A stretch of DNA of 21,743 bases from Fimicolochytrium jonesii (lineage: Eukaryota), in assembly GCF_025526975.1 (NCBI RefSeq), contig NW_026515686.1, positions 558,001 to 579,743 on the forward strand, given 5' to 3'. Below the pieces are notes generated by a model that was given only the letters and a program-made list of their open reading frames with translations, had not been told where the DNA came from and did not search any database. Positions 1 to 10,967 of this stretch are shown here, in pieces. A program made the position numbers and the translations under genes. Position 1 is the stretch's first letter. Each line of letters begins with the position of its first letter.

Positions 1-828
1 AATTTGCGCCTTGTTTACAATAGTTGCTCAACCAGGTTCTTGCTGATCCCCGGGCAAGCATCAGCACGACTTCCGCACTATGAGCAACTGGATGATGACA
101 CGTCGGGTTGGAAGGAGGATGTTTGTTCCGATCGTATGACATCCTCGGTGGTGTGCGAGTACCGTTTATTGATTAAGGTTGTCAGGTTGTCTGATCCAGG
201 TCGGTCAAGGTGCACCTGTTCTTTGCCAGTGCGAACCCAAGGTTGACAATTGAGAAACGCCGAGTGGAAAAGAAATGACCGGCGAAAAAAATGACAGCAT
301 GCCGTCAAACATTGGGACGGCCCTATTTGCCCAATTTGTGCGCTGGGACTTCTCTCCATAAGTTTCTGGACTCCCATCAGAAACCGATTCTGGCCCAAGT
401 TCATACTTGAAAGCTGTCTTCTCAGAAACCTCGCATTGTGGTCAGCAAGATCTGCGGGTCAGCACCTAGTGCTGTCATGAGAAATGGCGGAGGAGCACAA
501 GCGAGCAACGAAACTGCATTTCGAGTCCTACACGTACAGCGCCGGCGAACAACTCACGTCCTTCAAACAAGAGAAAGTCTGGTGTCCAACGAAGCGCTAC
601 AGCCTCTGAAGGTATGCTGCAGTCATCACCGGGGCATTGCTAGCGTATTGAGGACGGCGCAAGCAGGATGCAATGGATATCAAGCGGCTCAAAAAGATGC
701 ACGGACAGCAGCTCACACGGCTACCGCTCCAATACCGTGCAACCTCTGGAGCTCCTACCCGAAGACGTGAGTCGGGCCAATCACCCAACCGAAGAAGAGG
801 TTCATCCTCTCGATCTCCCGGTCACGTT

Positions 829-880
829 AGCGCTCATTCATCCCCTAGTGCTCATTCATCGCCTACCGCTCACCATGCTT
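829..880. repeat. 18-bp imperfect tandem repeat (~3 copies, AG[C/T]GCTCATTCATC[C/G]CCT)
   Basis: Seen directly; reads SAHSSP-SAHSSP-TAHH in one frame. Confidence 0.7.
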
Positions 881-1187
881 TGAAAACTCTATAAAACTCA
901 CCCGCCCGTTCAAACGTCCCCAGAAATCTCAATATCAAAAGAAATCTCAGCACAACTCGGGCGCCTTCACGGAGACTGTGATGTTTACTACTCGGCGTGG
1001 TGACCTGGTGGGTCCACGTTTGAAAGATCTCCCTGCGGCCGCCCCTCCATGGACCCTTGGGGCGAGGGCACTCACACGGTGATGATCCGAAACGCCACAT
1101 TCTAGGTCCGGTGGTCAGAAGAGCAACGATGAGGCCACACCCCTCCCCACTACGCCCATATGCGCTGCTTCGTTATCGAGTACGACG

Positions 1188-1240
1188 AAGCTTACGCGTC
1201 GTTCACCGGCAAGACAAAGCTTACGCGTCGTTCACCGGCA
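1188..1240. repeat. Exact 24-bp direct repeat AAGCTTACGCGTCGTTCACCGGCA (29-bp period)
   Basis: Copies at 1188-1211 and 1217-1240. Confidence 0.9.
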
Positions 1241-1699
1241 TTCCGATCGCGGGTTTTCTCATCGCATCTCCCAAAATGTCTTAGCCGATGCGGGAGCCCC
1301 ATCCCGCACGATTTGGCGGGGTGTTGTTGGGTGAACTTCGAAGAGGGAAGAACGGAGGAGAGCGCGTTATTGACAGCATGGTGCACAAACACATCCGTCT
1401 GCTCTCCAAAAGCTCCTGATCAATGCCACATGCCCGACCGACTTCTCTGATGGTGTGGTCGTGCATACAGCTCGTCAGTATTTGAGCTACGCATTATGTC
1501 GCAAGGGAAGAGTACGATTATATTAATGTAAACCATGGAAGCGGATATACTTCTGGAGCTTCCATGTAGTTCATCTATCACTGAAGCGAGAAATCTAGAT
1601 ACAAAGATAAAAGAGGAGAGTGCACGCAAGGCGGTAACAGAAACAAGTCTTCGCCGGGGGTCTAGCTAGCCTGCGATGGATAAATTCACAATCTAAACT

Positions 1700-2524
1700 T
1701 CAAAGGCGAGAAGCATAGCAGCTCACAGCTCTAGGCACCGCTCTCCCCTTCACCGACAACGCGTTCACCAAGGGCTTCAACCCGACACACTTGATCGCCT
1801 TCACAACCGCTTCAGCATGTAAAACGGCCCCCACCTCCCCCATATGCGTCGAATCTAGCGGATACAGCGCCGCTGCTTTTGCTTCGCCCATCCGATCAAG
1901 CGCATCCGCCGCAATCTGCCTTGGGTCGAGGTATGCCGTGTTTTGTTTTTTGGCAACGGTCGAAGCCCAACTGCTCCAGTTATCCCCACGCAAGATCTTG
2001 CCGTTGTTAAATTTCTTTCGTAAGGTCTGCGACATCGGGACTGGAATCCCGCCTTTGGATTTGACCGCCGCGATGATTTTGGTCAAGTAATGCCCGTAGG
2101 TGTACACCCGCTCCGGTTTATGCGTTACGCCGTTGATAGTGTCTTCGAACTGCGCGCCAAAACCCCGAATCACACCCCTCGACCTGCTCGCATCCGTCAG
2201 CGGAGACTGGTCATTATGCCCAAACGCGAAAAGCACCACCTCGCCCGGCCTAATAGCGTCCACGACAGCAGCAAGATGACCTTCAGTTATGTAGGTGCGG
2301 GATGAGCGCCCGCCTTTGCATGCGTTGTTAATCGTGAGTTTATCGGGAGAGAAATAGGCAGAGAGATATTGGCCCCAGCCTTTGAGGACGCCCGAGCTGC
2401 CGGCGCAGGTGGAGTCGCCGATGAGGTGCAGGGTTGGAGTGGGGAGAACGGTGGGGATTGAGAGGACGGCTGGGGTTGAGAGGAGGAGAGTGAGGGAGGT
2501 GGCGAGGATGGTGGAAAGTTTCAT
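1700..2524 (-). CDS. Secreted SGNH/GDSL hydrolase, rhamnogalacturonan acetylesterase-like (CAZy CE12), 274 aa, intronless
   Basis: Signal-peptide-like MKLSTILATSLTLLLSTPAVLS from ATG 2524. SGNH blocks are LIGDST (Ser), GWG, GGRSSRTY (Gly), FGHND (Asn) and DSTH (Asp-His). The upstream in-frame extension to 2608 is probably 5'UTR. Confidence 0.92.
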   Translation of the reverse strand: MKLSTILATSLTLLLSTPAVLSIPTVLPTPTLHLIGDSTCAGSSGVLKGWGQYLSAYFSPDKLTINNACKGGRSSRTYITEGHLAAVVDAIRPGEVVLFAFGHNDQSPLTDASRSRGVIRGFGAQFEDTINGVTHKPERVYTYGHYLTKIIAAVKSKGGIPVPMSQTLRKKFNNGKILRGDNWSSWASTVAKKQNTAYLDPRQIAADALDRMGEAKAAALYPLDSTHMGEVGAVLHAEAVVKAIKCVGLKPLVNALSVKGRAVPRAVSCYASRL

Positions 2525-2628
2525 GGTGGGTCCGTGCGTTGGTGATGTGGAGGAGAGCTCTTGGGTTGTGTCGAATGGGAGTGTTTCGGGGTTTTGTGAG
2601 GGAAGCACTCCTCGGGAGGACTCCAGCC

Positions 2629-2636
2629 TTTTATAA
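2629..2636 (-). promoter_or_regulatory. Candidate TATA box of the CE12 gene
   Basis: TTATAAAA on the minus strand ~105 nt upstream of ATG 2524. Confidence 0.5.
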
Positions 2637-3255
2637 AAGTGGTAATATTCCGATGATGAATGTTTCCCGAGTAATCATACAGTATTCGATGATTCCGCAC
2701 AAAGGTATTCAGCACCACGACCCGGACAACCCAGCGCCGCGTGCTTTCGACTTGATCAGTTTCCGGTAGGGGCGGTCCTCCACGACGCACGAACGTTCGG
2801 CCCCTTGCACTAGGTGGCCAAAAGTCTGGGTACAACGCCCCAAGGACACATCATTCCGATCATAGCCACCAGCAGATGTCGCCGGCTTGCCTGCACACCT
2901 GAATAAGTACGGAAATTGACGGCAGCTGGTCGTTGACTTTTGGGTTTCACCAACAGGGCGCAGAACCCGTCGTACTCCACCTACTGTAGAGTTGGCACCA
3001 GAGTTCAAAGAGCCACTGCTTCATTGGTTGCGTGCTGCTGAATTCTCTGTCATTGGCTCTGGGCATCCGCTGGCATGATCGGTTCTGCGGAACACGACTT
3101 TGGGCCTCGGCGAATTATGTTGACATTTTTTCCAGAACGACAGCGGTGCCCTACCAACATCTCTTTTCAGGGAAAGTTTGCCCGGCGAATGGCGCCGCCG
3201 ATCGAACGCAGGTACCTGGGTTCGGTGCCGTCAGGTGCAGTCCGGGAAGGCCATA

Positions 3256-3431
3256 CAGTGGGTGGCCAAAAGAGCAGTTACGCGCGCCCAAGAACAGCTC
3301 ATTCAGAGCTGAGGATCGTTGGCCCCCTCCTTCCTCCCGGCGTGGATAGGCGACTGCGTCGCGATAGCTGAGCTGACAGCCGGGGGTCAGTGGCTTTTTG
3401 GTCACTCGTAACTGCTCTTTTGGCCCCACTG
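3256..3431. mobile_element. 176-bp Tc1/mariner-type MITE
   Basis: Terminal inverted repeats CAGTGGG(T)GGCCAAAAGAGCAGTTACG / CGTAACTGCTCTTTTGGCCCCACTG, flanked by TA on both sides (3254-3255, 3432-3433). A CAGTG start with a TA duplication is the Tc1/mariner signature. No transposase ORF. Confidence 0.9.
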
Positions 3432-5386
3432 TAGGTCATGGGGTCAATACGGTCTCGTGCGTAGCTCGGGGCATTGGGACCCTGGTTTAAAACTTGCGGT
3501 CAGTGTGAATCGGGGTCCCGCCCGTCATTCCGTTGACAGGAAGCGGAACACGTCTGGAACATTGACTGACCCGAGTGCCAGGGTGTGGGGGTGCGGAACG
3601 CCTTCCTTACCGGCGGTACGCACCCCTGACTTCTCACACTCGCTGTCTTCCCTCGTCGCGAGCCATGGCAACTCACACCCACCACTTCCCTTCCCAAGGC
3701 CCATCATTTCTCACCTCCTTATCCCCATACTCGGTCATATGTATTGCCCATCATCCAGGACATCAATCGCTTTGCTCATCCGTCAAGCAACCCCGCTCAG
3801 TCATCACGCTCACATCACCTCGTTCGCGAAAGGAAGCCTTAAGTTAAAAGGATACCCATGCATGCGAGACCACAATCTGGGTTCGCTTTCTATATCTTTG
3901 GGCTTCAGAAGAAGGAAGGAGGGTCATTCCATTTCAGCTGTGCCCTTGTTTTCGCCTGAAGAAGCGATAGCTTATGGGATCAGTTGGCTCCGCACGCCGC
4001 CTTCCGGAATCCGACGGTCCTTACCATCTCTTGTACAACATCATTTGCACTTCATACCGGCCTCACAGTCACAAGTATCGCCTATGTATCCGATTCTGAC
4101 CCGCCGTCTGTCTATCCGTTGATTGAAATGGCTGACCATTGAGGACGAGAGGGGAAAACGCCATGCGACGACAACGCCGTCAACGCCGTACGGCAGAAGG
4201 CCATTGGCCTTGGCACACCGCTCACCTTCCACATTCGACTTCACAACGACGTACGCACTGATGCCTTATCACACAAGCTTGCCCCCTTCTCTTCCTTCTC
4301 CTTCTCTTGCGATACGATGTGATGGTGGAGCCTGATAGAGAGCCTCCCGACGGGAATCGCAACGCATGGACAAAGGCACAAGAATGTGGGCAAGGTACCT
4401 GCGTAACTCGTACTCATGGAAATCTCATTTGCACTATTAACCATAATACATACCTCGATGCCCTCGCATCAGAGAAAACCATATACGCTGCAATGTGGTT
4501 CTAAGATCTGAGCGGAAAGTCCGATAGAGGCTCCTCACTTTTTTTCGGGGAGAGATGAAGAACGGGTTGGGAGTCGCTGGCAGAGATATTTTCATTTCGG
4601 GCAGGATGCACGAGCCAACGGGGTTCTGAACGGAGGAGGCTCAATGGTGTTTCATCTGGAAGCTGCCAGAAGGAGGATTTGAAGGTTTGGCGGACGCCGG
4701 TCCCTTCGTCCACAAAACGTATAAAAAGGGGGTTTCCGCCTGAGGACCACCCGTTCGCCTGCATCAAACATCCTCATTCCATAGCATCCGATCCGAGCAT
4801 ACCCACATCAGTCGAACAGACTCAAGTTTAGACCTCCCGCCCAACAGCCGAGAGTCCCAGCCGAGAGTAAAACACTCCTGAATTGTAGATAAGGTGGCAG
4901 CTCAGATAGGCACCGCTAGGCGGCGTCAGTAGGCGGTGGCGATGGCGAAGACCCAAAGGAGCGTGGGGACGGACGCAAGCCCTCTCCTCCTTTTTATAAG
5001 TCGACGGTGGCAGGGGCTTCGGAGGGCAGCTCGGGGTTACGTTGGTGTAACGCTTCAAGCATGTGATTTCGCGGGCAACGTCCCGCAGCTTTTTCGGTTT
5101 CGTGCGCATATTGCGGGAGTTTTTCTTTCGACGCAAAGACTGTGGGAAGCTGCCTCCACCGCAGCAAGCCGTCCTTGTAAATGCCGGTGGGCGAGCGATG
5201 GGAAGAGTTGAAAGTGGCAGCAATCTGACCTAAGTGATGTTGTTTTCCGTTGCGTGATGATCCCGGTCCGAAACCGTCGGCCATCCTTCTCCGATTCTGA
5301 GATCTAGTGACAACGCGCGCGTTGGCGAGTTTGTGGGGCCAGGGGGCCGGTGCGAAACAGGAGCTTTTAAGCTTCCTCTTCCTACC

Positions 5387-5394
5387 TATAAATA
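5387..5394 (+). promoter_or_regulatory. Candidate TATA box (TATAAATA) upstream of the REase-kinase gene
   Basis: Consensus TATA ~200 nt upstream of ATG 5594. Confidence 0.4.
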
Positions 5395-5593
5395 GCTTCC
5401 CATTCACAACGCCGCTGTATATACATATTCACAGGTCTTCAAAGGACGACCATTCCTACCGGCTTCCAAAGTGAATGGGAAGCGATACTCTTAGTTAGCC
5501 TTGTTCCCGCTGACCTCCCCGCCGCAGAGTCTCAAAATCGCCGACGCTGTCAAACTTTTAGACAGCATTGTTCACGAACACCGCTCGCTAGCA

Positions 5594-7732
5594 ATGGAGC
5601 CTGCCACCAGCGAGCGGATAGCCCGCGTGACCGTTTACGTCTTGGTTGACACGACCGTCGAGGTCCTGCAACGTTTATTGGACCACCTTCCGAAGAACTG
5701 CCGTATCACCACTGTTAAGCAGGATGCACCAGGAACACCCGTTGTCGCCTTAACCTTCTGGTTCAAGAATAACCCTGCCGACGTAAGCACCTTGGAGTTG
5801 AGGGCATGGGTACTCACCCATGCAGGCCCAGCGCTGCCCTTTGTGTACCTAGGCCGCCTGGCGAACCAGCTGCCCTTGACGATTTCCTACGCGCACGAGG
5901 AAGCAGGCCCCGAGTGGCTTATCGGCCCGCATAATGTGCCTTCTAAGGGCGTAACGTTGGAAGAAGCCATCGATCGTGTCGGACGAAAAGTTGTCAACCT
6001 GTATTACCCTGTGTTTGTGGTAGATCTGACCAACAGAGGTAAGCCCGGTGGCGACTATTGTTTTCATTTAGGACCGCTGGACAGGCTCACATCTCCTTTA
6101 CCTCCAGGAACTGTCAGCGGGCGGGAGATGCTAGAAATTCGTTATTTATCCAGCATCAGCAGAGCCACAACGAGAAGCTCGACTAAGGCTGCCAGTGGGC
6201 GACGGCCTTCCCGTGTCTCCAAATGGAACGAATTCGGAGCTGCCGCTGCAGCTTGCTTTGTCCCAGCCGTAGCGCCCGTTCACCGCACTCGGTACAACCC
6301 GCCCTATTCCGATATACGGAGAGTTGTGGGCCTCGAGAGCACCATCGAGAGCCTCCTAGACTGTGAGCAATTCATGGTTCTAGAAAACATGTACAGTGGT
6401 ATGGCGATCGAAGTGTCGGAACGAACTGGGTGCTCCGTGGGTTGATCGGCCAACCGGATAGAGTTATCCACGATGGAGTCACGCCGCTCATCCCTATTGA
6501 AGTGAAACCGGGTTCCGTACTCCCGCAAGGTACTGATATCGTTGCGGACAGTGCAGCGGCATTTTCCGCACTCGGCAGCCTCTCTGATCATCGGTACAGC
6601 GAACTTTCCGGTGTCGAAAGAAAGACGTGGGACGAAGTGGTTCAGAACAACATCTCCGCCAAAGTGATAATCCAAGCAAATGGTTACGCTTGCGCGAATC
6701 GGTTGAAATACTCCATAATCAGTAACCAAATGTCCTGGTGGTTCCTGCAGCGACCTGAGAACGACATCACCTCTGTTTCCGTCGCCGGGCCTTTCGGCAC
6801 GTACGGCACAGGGCCTACGGTGATCCAATGTCTTAATTATATAATCAGTCTCGCTCTGAAGGAATCCACTTGTCCTTCTCCTAGCGAGAGCCCGGCCTCA
6901 TTTCCGGCAGCACCAGTCCGGGCGACACTTGGGCAGGTTAGGGGCGGGTCGTTGCGTTGGAGTGCGGGACCGAGACCAGGCCGAGGCCGAAGAGGGGCAA
7001 GAGCCTTAGGGTTTTCTCAGATCCGGCTTGGTGGGAAGAGCGGGTCACGAAGGCCTTATTCGCGACCCACTCTGCCCACCAAGCCAGATCTTAGAAAATC
7101 AGCGATCGCAATTCTACGTTCGGGCGACACAATTGCCTTTACGAAACTGGACTGGCTTCCGCCTTTACGAGTGCATTACACCGAGCACTCGACCGTGATG
7201 GAAACCGTTTTGTTCCCCGGCACCTCTCACAGCCTGGAAGTAGCCCTGAAGCATATTGATTACGAAAAGGTTGAATCGGACGTCGTGAGCCAGATGGAAA
7301 CCGAATTGGACGTGTACACTCAACTTGCGGATTTACAAGGTAATCTTTGGGCTTTCAGGCGTACTGGCTTTTGACTTCTCCGCTGTCGACGTCTTTTAAT
7401 TCCCTTGTCCTTTATTAGGAAGCCTTATTCCCCTGTTACGGGCATATGGATCGATCGAGGGTGGGACGTTTCTGTATCTCGGTACGGAATACATAAAAGG
7501 CCACACTCTCACCTCCGCCGACCGCCACCTCGGCTCTCAAATCCTGCACGCATTTCAAACCCTCCACGCCACCGGATGGGTACATGGCGATGTTGCCCCG
7601 CGAAATGTTATCGTGGCCGAGGAAGATAATCGACGGATTGTTCTGATCGATCTTGGAATGGCATCCCCGGCGAATACTGCGAGCGCCACGCTGGAAATCA
7701 ACGCCGTGAACCAGATGCTCTCACGGCTGTGA
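5594..7732 (+). pseudogene. Crinkler-type PD-(D/E)xK nuclease + protein kinase-like gene; one -1 frameshift (between 6367 and 6445) and one intron (7340-7418)
   Basis: The REase part has GQPDRV...IEVK and Q-x-x-GY...N-x-LKYS-x-x-S...WFLQR. The kinase part has VALK and ETELDVY...LQG. After splicing GTAATC...TTATTAG it continues SLIPLLRAYG...TEYIKG...LHATGWVHGDVAPRNVIV...IVLIDLGMA to TGA 7730-7732. This last exon is missed by the ORF track. Confidence 0.82.
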
Positions 7733-8687
7733 GGTGAACAAAGGCGTTATTTTATGGTTATGCTCAGTGTATTGTCCGCATGTAGGCAGCGTAATTCCGC
7801 ATGTAGAAGCCATATTTAGATTAGAAGCTGCGAGTAAATCAGGAATATGGATTAGAAGCTGCAAGTGCATTTCAGCTTCAACATCAATTGGTAGTTGGCG
7901 TAGGAGTTAGGCAGTTGGGGCGGAGGAGTCAGGAATACCAAAGTAAAACATTAGTTGCAAAAAGTTTCAGCAAGTCCTTGTCAGCAACGAGTTGAGTGTA
8001 TTATTGTGCGTGGATAGCACTCTGAGCGGAAGGCGAACACACGAAGGGTCTCCGCCGAGTGCAATAATACCCCAATAAAATCGGACGGCATCTAACAATG
8101 AATTTCGGAAAAGATCGCTTGAGAGTTGCTCATGGAGGATCAGAATGATTGACCTCGCAGGAAATGATCCTAACAGGGGTGGCAGCTGTTGCGTCAGTGG
8201 TTGAGAAAAAATAGGTGGTGCTTGTCAACAGTGAAGCTCCGTGATGTGTATTACTCCCATCTTTCTCAAATCAGTCGGCTTCATTCGACAAGTACAGATG
8301 GACCATCTGGAATGCGATGAGCGGGGGAGTCCCGAAACGCTGAACCAAACACGCCGGAGTGCGAGGCATTATGGAGGATTAAAGCGCCAGCATAGACATC
8401 ACCAAAGTCCTGATGCATGAGATGAGATCGATTGTTATTCTCTTAACATTGACCGGTGCCAAACTGCTCATTGCTTCTGCTACTATTGACTTTCAAAGCC
8501 CGCATCCGCCACCCTTGTTCTGATATCAATCAGAGTTACAGGTGGAGTTCAATGCTGATCAAACGTTTCGTCAGGCTCATCTGATGTGAAGGGTGACAGA
8601 AGTCATTTACGACCGGTGGGATGTGGGAACATTTGAGGAATAGTCTACGAACGATTGGGGAATCGGTGCTTGAGGTTATTTCTGTTT

Positions 8688-9065
8688 TCATCCGGGCCCT
8701 ATAAACTCCAGATACAACCCCCGTGCAGTGTAAACTTCAAACACCGTCGCCAAAACATTCACCCAGCCGCCGACCTCCCCCTCAACGACCACATTCAAAA
8801 GCCTTCCCATCGCCGACCCGAGCGCGACACACATCACAGTATACACCACCCCGTCGCGAACCCGATCCCACGTCTGCACCCTATACAGTGCGAATCCGAG
8901 ACCGATAAGGAGGCCGCCGAGTGCGGCTCGGATTTCGGATTTGCCGGGGATATTTCCTCGTTCCAGGTAGATATCGTACATTGAAATGTAGATGGTTGGG
9001 TCCCAGAGGTTCAAGATACCCAGGGTTGTTAGGAATAGCGCTGAGCTTATGGAGGACCGAATCAT
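8688..9065 (-). CDS. Small 4-TM membrane protein, DUF4345-like, 125 aa
   Basis: Hydrophobic helices with family-like motifs SEIRAALGGLLIGLG and GRLLNVVVEG...E; clean ATG-to-stop ORF. Confidence 0.7.
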   Translation of the reverse strand: MIRSSISSALFLTTLGILNLWDPTIYISMYDIYLERGNIPGKSEIRAALGGLLIGLGFALYRVQTWDRVRDGVVYTVMCVALGSAMGRLLNVVVEGEVGGWVNVLATVFEVYTARGLYLEFIGPG

Positions 9066-9420
9066 GTTTGGGATTTCGACGGGGGATTCTGGACGGGGTT
9101 AGGAGTGTTTTCCGGCTGTGTCTTTTGAAGGCAGACTGGATGAGAGGGGCGAGCGGATGGACAGGGGTGGGACTGTAATTGGGGCTTAGAAACACCTACT
9201 ACATACTGTACTGATGATGTGATGGCGGCTGGAACGTTTGCGAACCTGATTTCAAGGTCCACAGAAATCCGGACTCAGTGCGCACATACTAGAGAGGTTG
9301 TGCTATCGGTTTGTACGGATTCGGGCGACGGATTGGGTGTGGCTTTATGAAAACGTTTTCGTTGCTTCCAGCCGGCTGCTTGCTGTTGTGCTATTCGTTG
9401 ACCTTCTTACCATCTCGAAG

Positions 9421-9697
9421 ATGATCATGGCCACACCCCACGCCATGGAGGCCACTTCTGCACCTCCCGCTCCACCTGCTGACCCCACACCGCTCAAAGA
9501 GAAGGAAAGGACCTCACCTGCATCCAGCCCATGACGTTGCCCTTTTGAAGGAGGTTGTCGCCCACCTCCCCGAGAGCAAGCCTCGCAATCTGCTGGAGGC
9601 GGAAATGGCAGATTGCAGGGCGGAAATGGCAGACCGGAGGGCAGAACATGCCGCTACGATGCGGCTCATGATGACTTTAGCAGATAAATTCAAGTAG
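9421..9697 (+). pseudogene. PIF/Harbinger Myb/SANT-like accessory ORF relic (frameshifted, internally deleted)
   Basis: After a +1 shift near 9497 it reads KRRKGPHLHPAHDVALLKEVVAHLP (first Myb-like helix, D-x-x-LL-x-EV-x-A-x-x-P). This is fused directly to a coiled-coil tail EAEMADCRAEMADRRAEHAATMRLMMTLADKFK*. It converges on the Harbinger transposase. Confidence 0.6.
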
Positions 9698-10034
9698 ACT
9701 GTAAATACATTTGTACGGTTGGGGGCTCTACGTTAAAGGTGGAGGTGGTAAGGCTCCCATGTATACATGTATGAATATTTGTAAACAAAGTGGCAAGAAG
9801 ATAGAACCGTCCCACTGGCTGGAGCCAGATGTTCTGGTTTTTTGCAAAGTCGACGAAGGCCCACAGTTGAATGATTTTTCCGAATCCCCACTCCACACAT
9901 GTTCGGACAGCGCTCATCCGTGTGTTGAATTCCTGCTGTCGCAGAGTTAATTGGGCCCCTTTGAAACCCACTTGTAGCCAGGGCCTCAACGGATACGCAG
10001 GATCACCGTAGATAACAAACTGACGGCCGTTGAA
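9690..10034 (-). mobile_element. PIF/Harbinger (DDE_Tnp_4/HARBI1-like) transposase, C-terminal fragment
   Basis: FNGRQFVIYGDPAYPLRPWL...FNTRMSAVRTCVEWGFGKIIQLWAFVDF...LFTNIHTC...F-x-x-x-PPT-x-x-x-YL; the N-terminal part is absent. Confidence 0.9.
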
Positions 10035-10496
10035 TTGTGCAGCAGATGGATTGGAGCATGCATTCTTGTAAAGGTCTCAACTTCGCCATGAAAACATACC
10101 TCCGCCTCCTCATCACTAACGTCAACATCCACCGACTCCTCCTTGGTAATAAGCGTAATCCCGCTCTGCACCACCCGCCGCCAAAATGGCGCATGCGACA
10201 CAAGCATTCCTTCAGTCAAATGGCCCTTAAAGTCCTCGCAACCAGGTATTGAAGGCCTCGGCTTCATCATTTTTTTGGCACGTCTTTCTGAGCACGACAA
10301 GGCAACCCATGGCCTTGTCGTAGAATTGATCGCCGAAGGAATTGCTGATCCAACCACGCAACATGACAAAGAAACTAGTACGAAGCAGCAACATGCCCCG
10401 TGGTCTCGCGAAGTATTGGCGAGGAGTTAATCTGAGGAGAACAGCGGGACTGAGACACCACAAGGGATAAGGTGCAAGAGCGCCGCGAGTCGTGCT

Positions 10497-10680
10497 TTGA
10501 AGTATTCCATAGTAGCAGATGATAACACCATCATTTGCAAATTGGTACGGCATTGGCTGGAAAGGCTCGGGTTTGCTTGCATAGCTGTCGATTCCGCTGA
10601 CACCGCCTTTCTCTTGATCGCAAACAAAGCCGCAAACGAATTTTCCCTTCTCGTTACCGATCTCGACTTTCTGTCCAAGT
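10497..10680 (+). pseudogene. Response-regulator receiver (REC) domain, N-terminal half
   Basis: IVADDNTIICKLVRHWLERLGFACIAVDSADTAF...FSLLVTDLDF matches the acidic pocket DD, helix 1 and the phospho-acceptor Asp. There is no recognisable second half (no T/S, no KP), and an in-frame TAA lies upstream at 10428-10430. Confidence 0.7.
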
Positions 10681-10967
10681 CCCTCATGTCTAAGCATTAC
10701 TATTGGTCTCTACGCCGGGGAGAGCTGCTTGACTCGTTTGTTCCTTCTCCGGCCATGCAGACTTGGAGTCGAGTAATGTAATCGGAGAGCTGGGATTCAG
10801 CTCAGAACTGGCAAAATATCTGCCGAGTGCAAGGACACAAACATGATCGCTCTTAGTGAGAACAGCCGCACCTCGTGAAGGTGGCGATCTTTCCCTAGCC
10901 ATTTTAGGTGGCCAAAAGGCCACCAGGGGATTTCAACCCGAACATCCGACGGTCTCCAAACGTAACC

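Noticed and set aside
1..1690. Many short overlapping ORFs
   Set aside because: None shows a family signature I can support.
3457..4504. 221-aa ORF and neighbouring ORFs
   Set aside because: No recognisable motifs, and the composition looks non-coding or decayed.
4501..5000. Possible small spliced minus-strand gene (GTATGC...GCAG intron near 4760-4802, TATA near 4995)
   Set aside because: No in-frame ATG and no recognisable domain.
8561..8583. Minimal hammerhead-like string on the minus strand (CAGAUGAG-CCUGA-CGAAAC-GUU)
   Set aside because: The core has A instead of the conserved U4, and no stem I can form.
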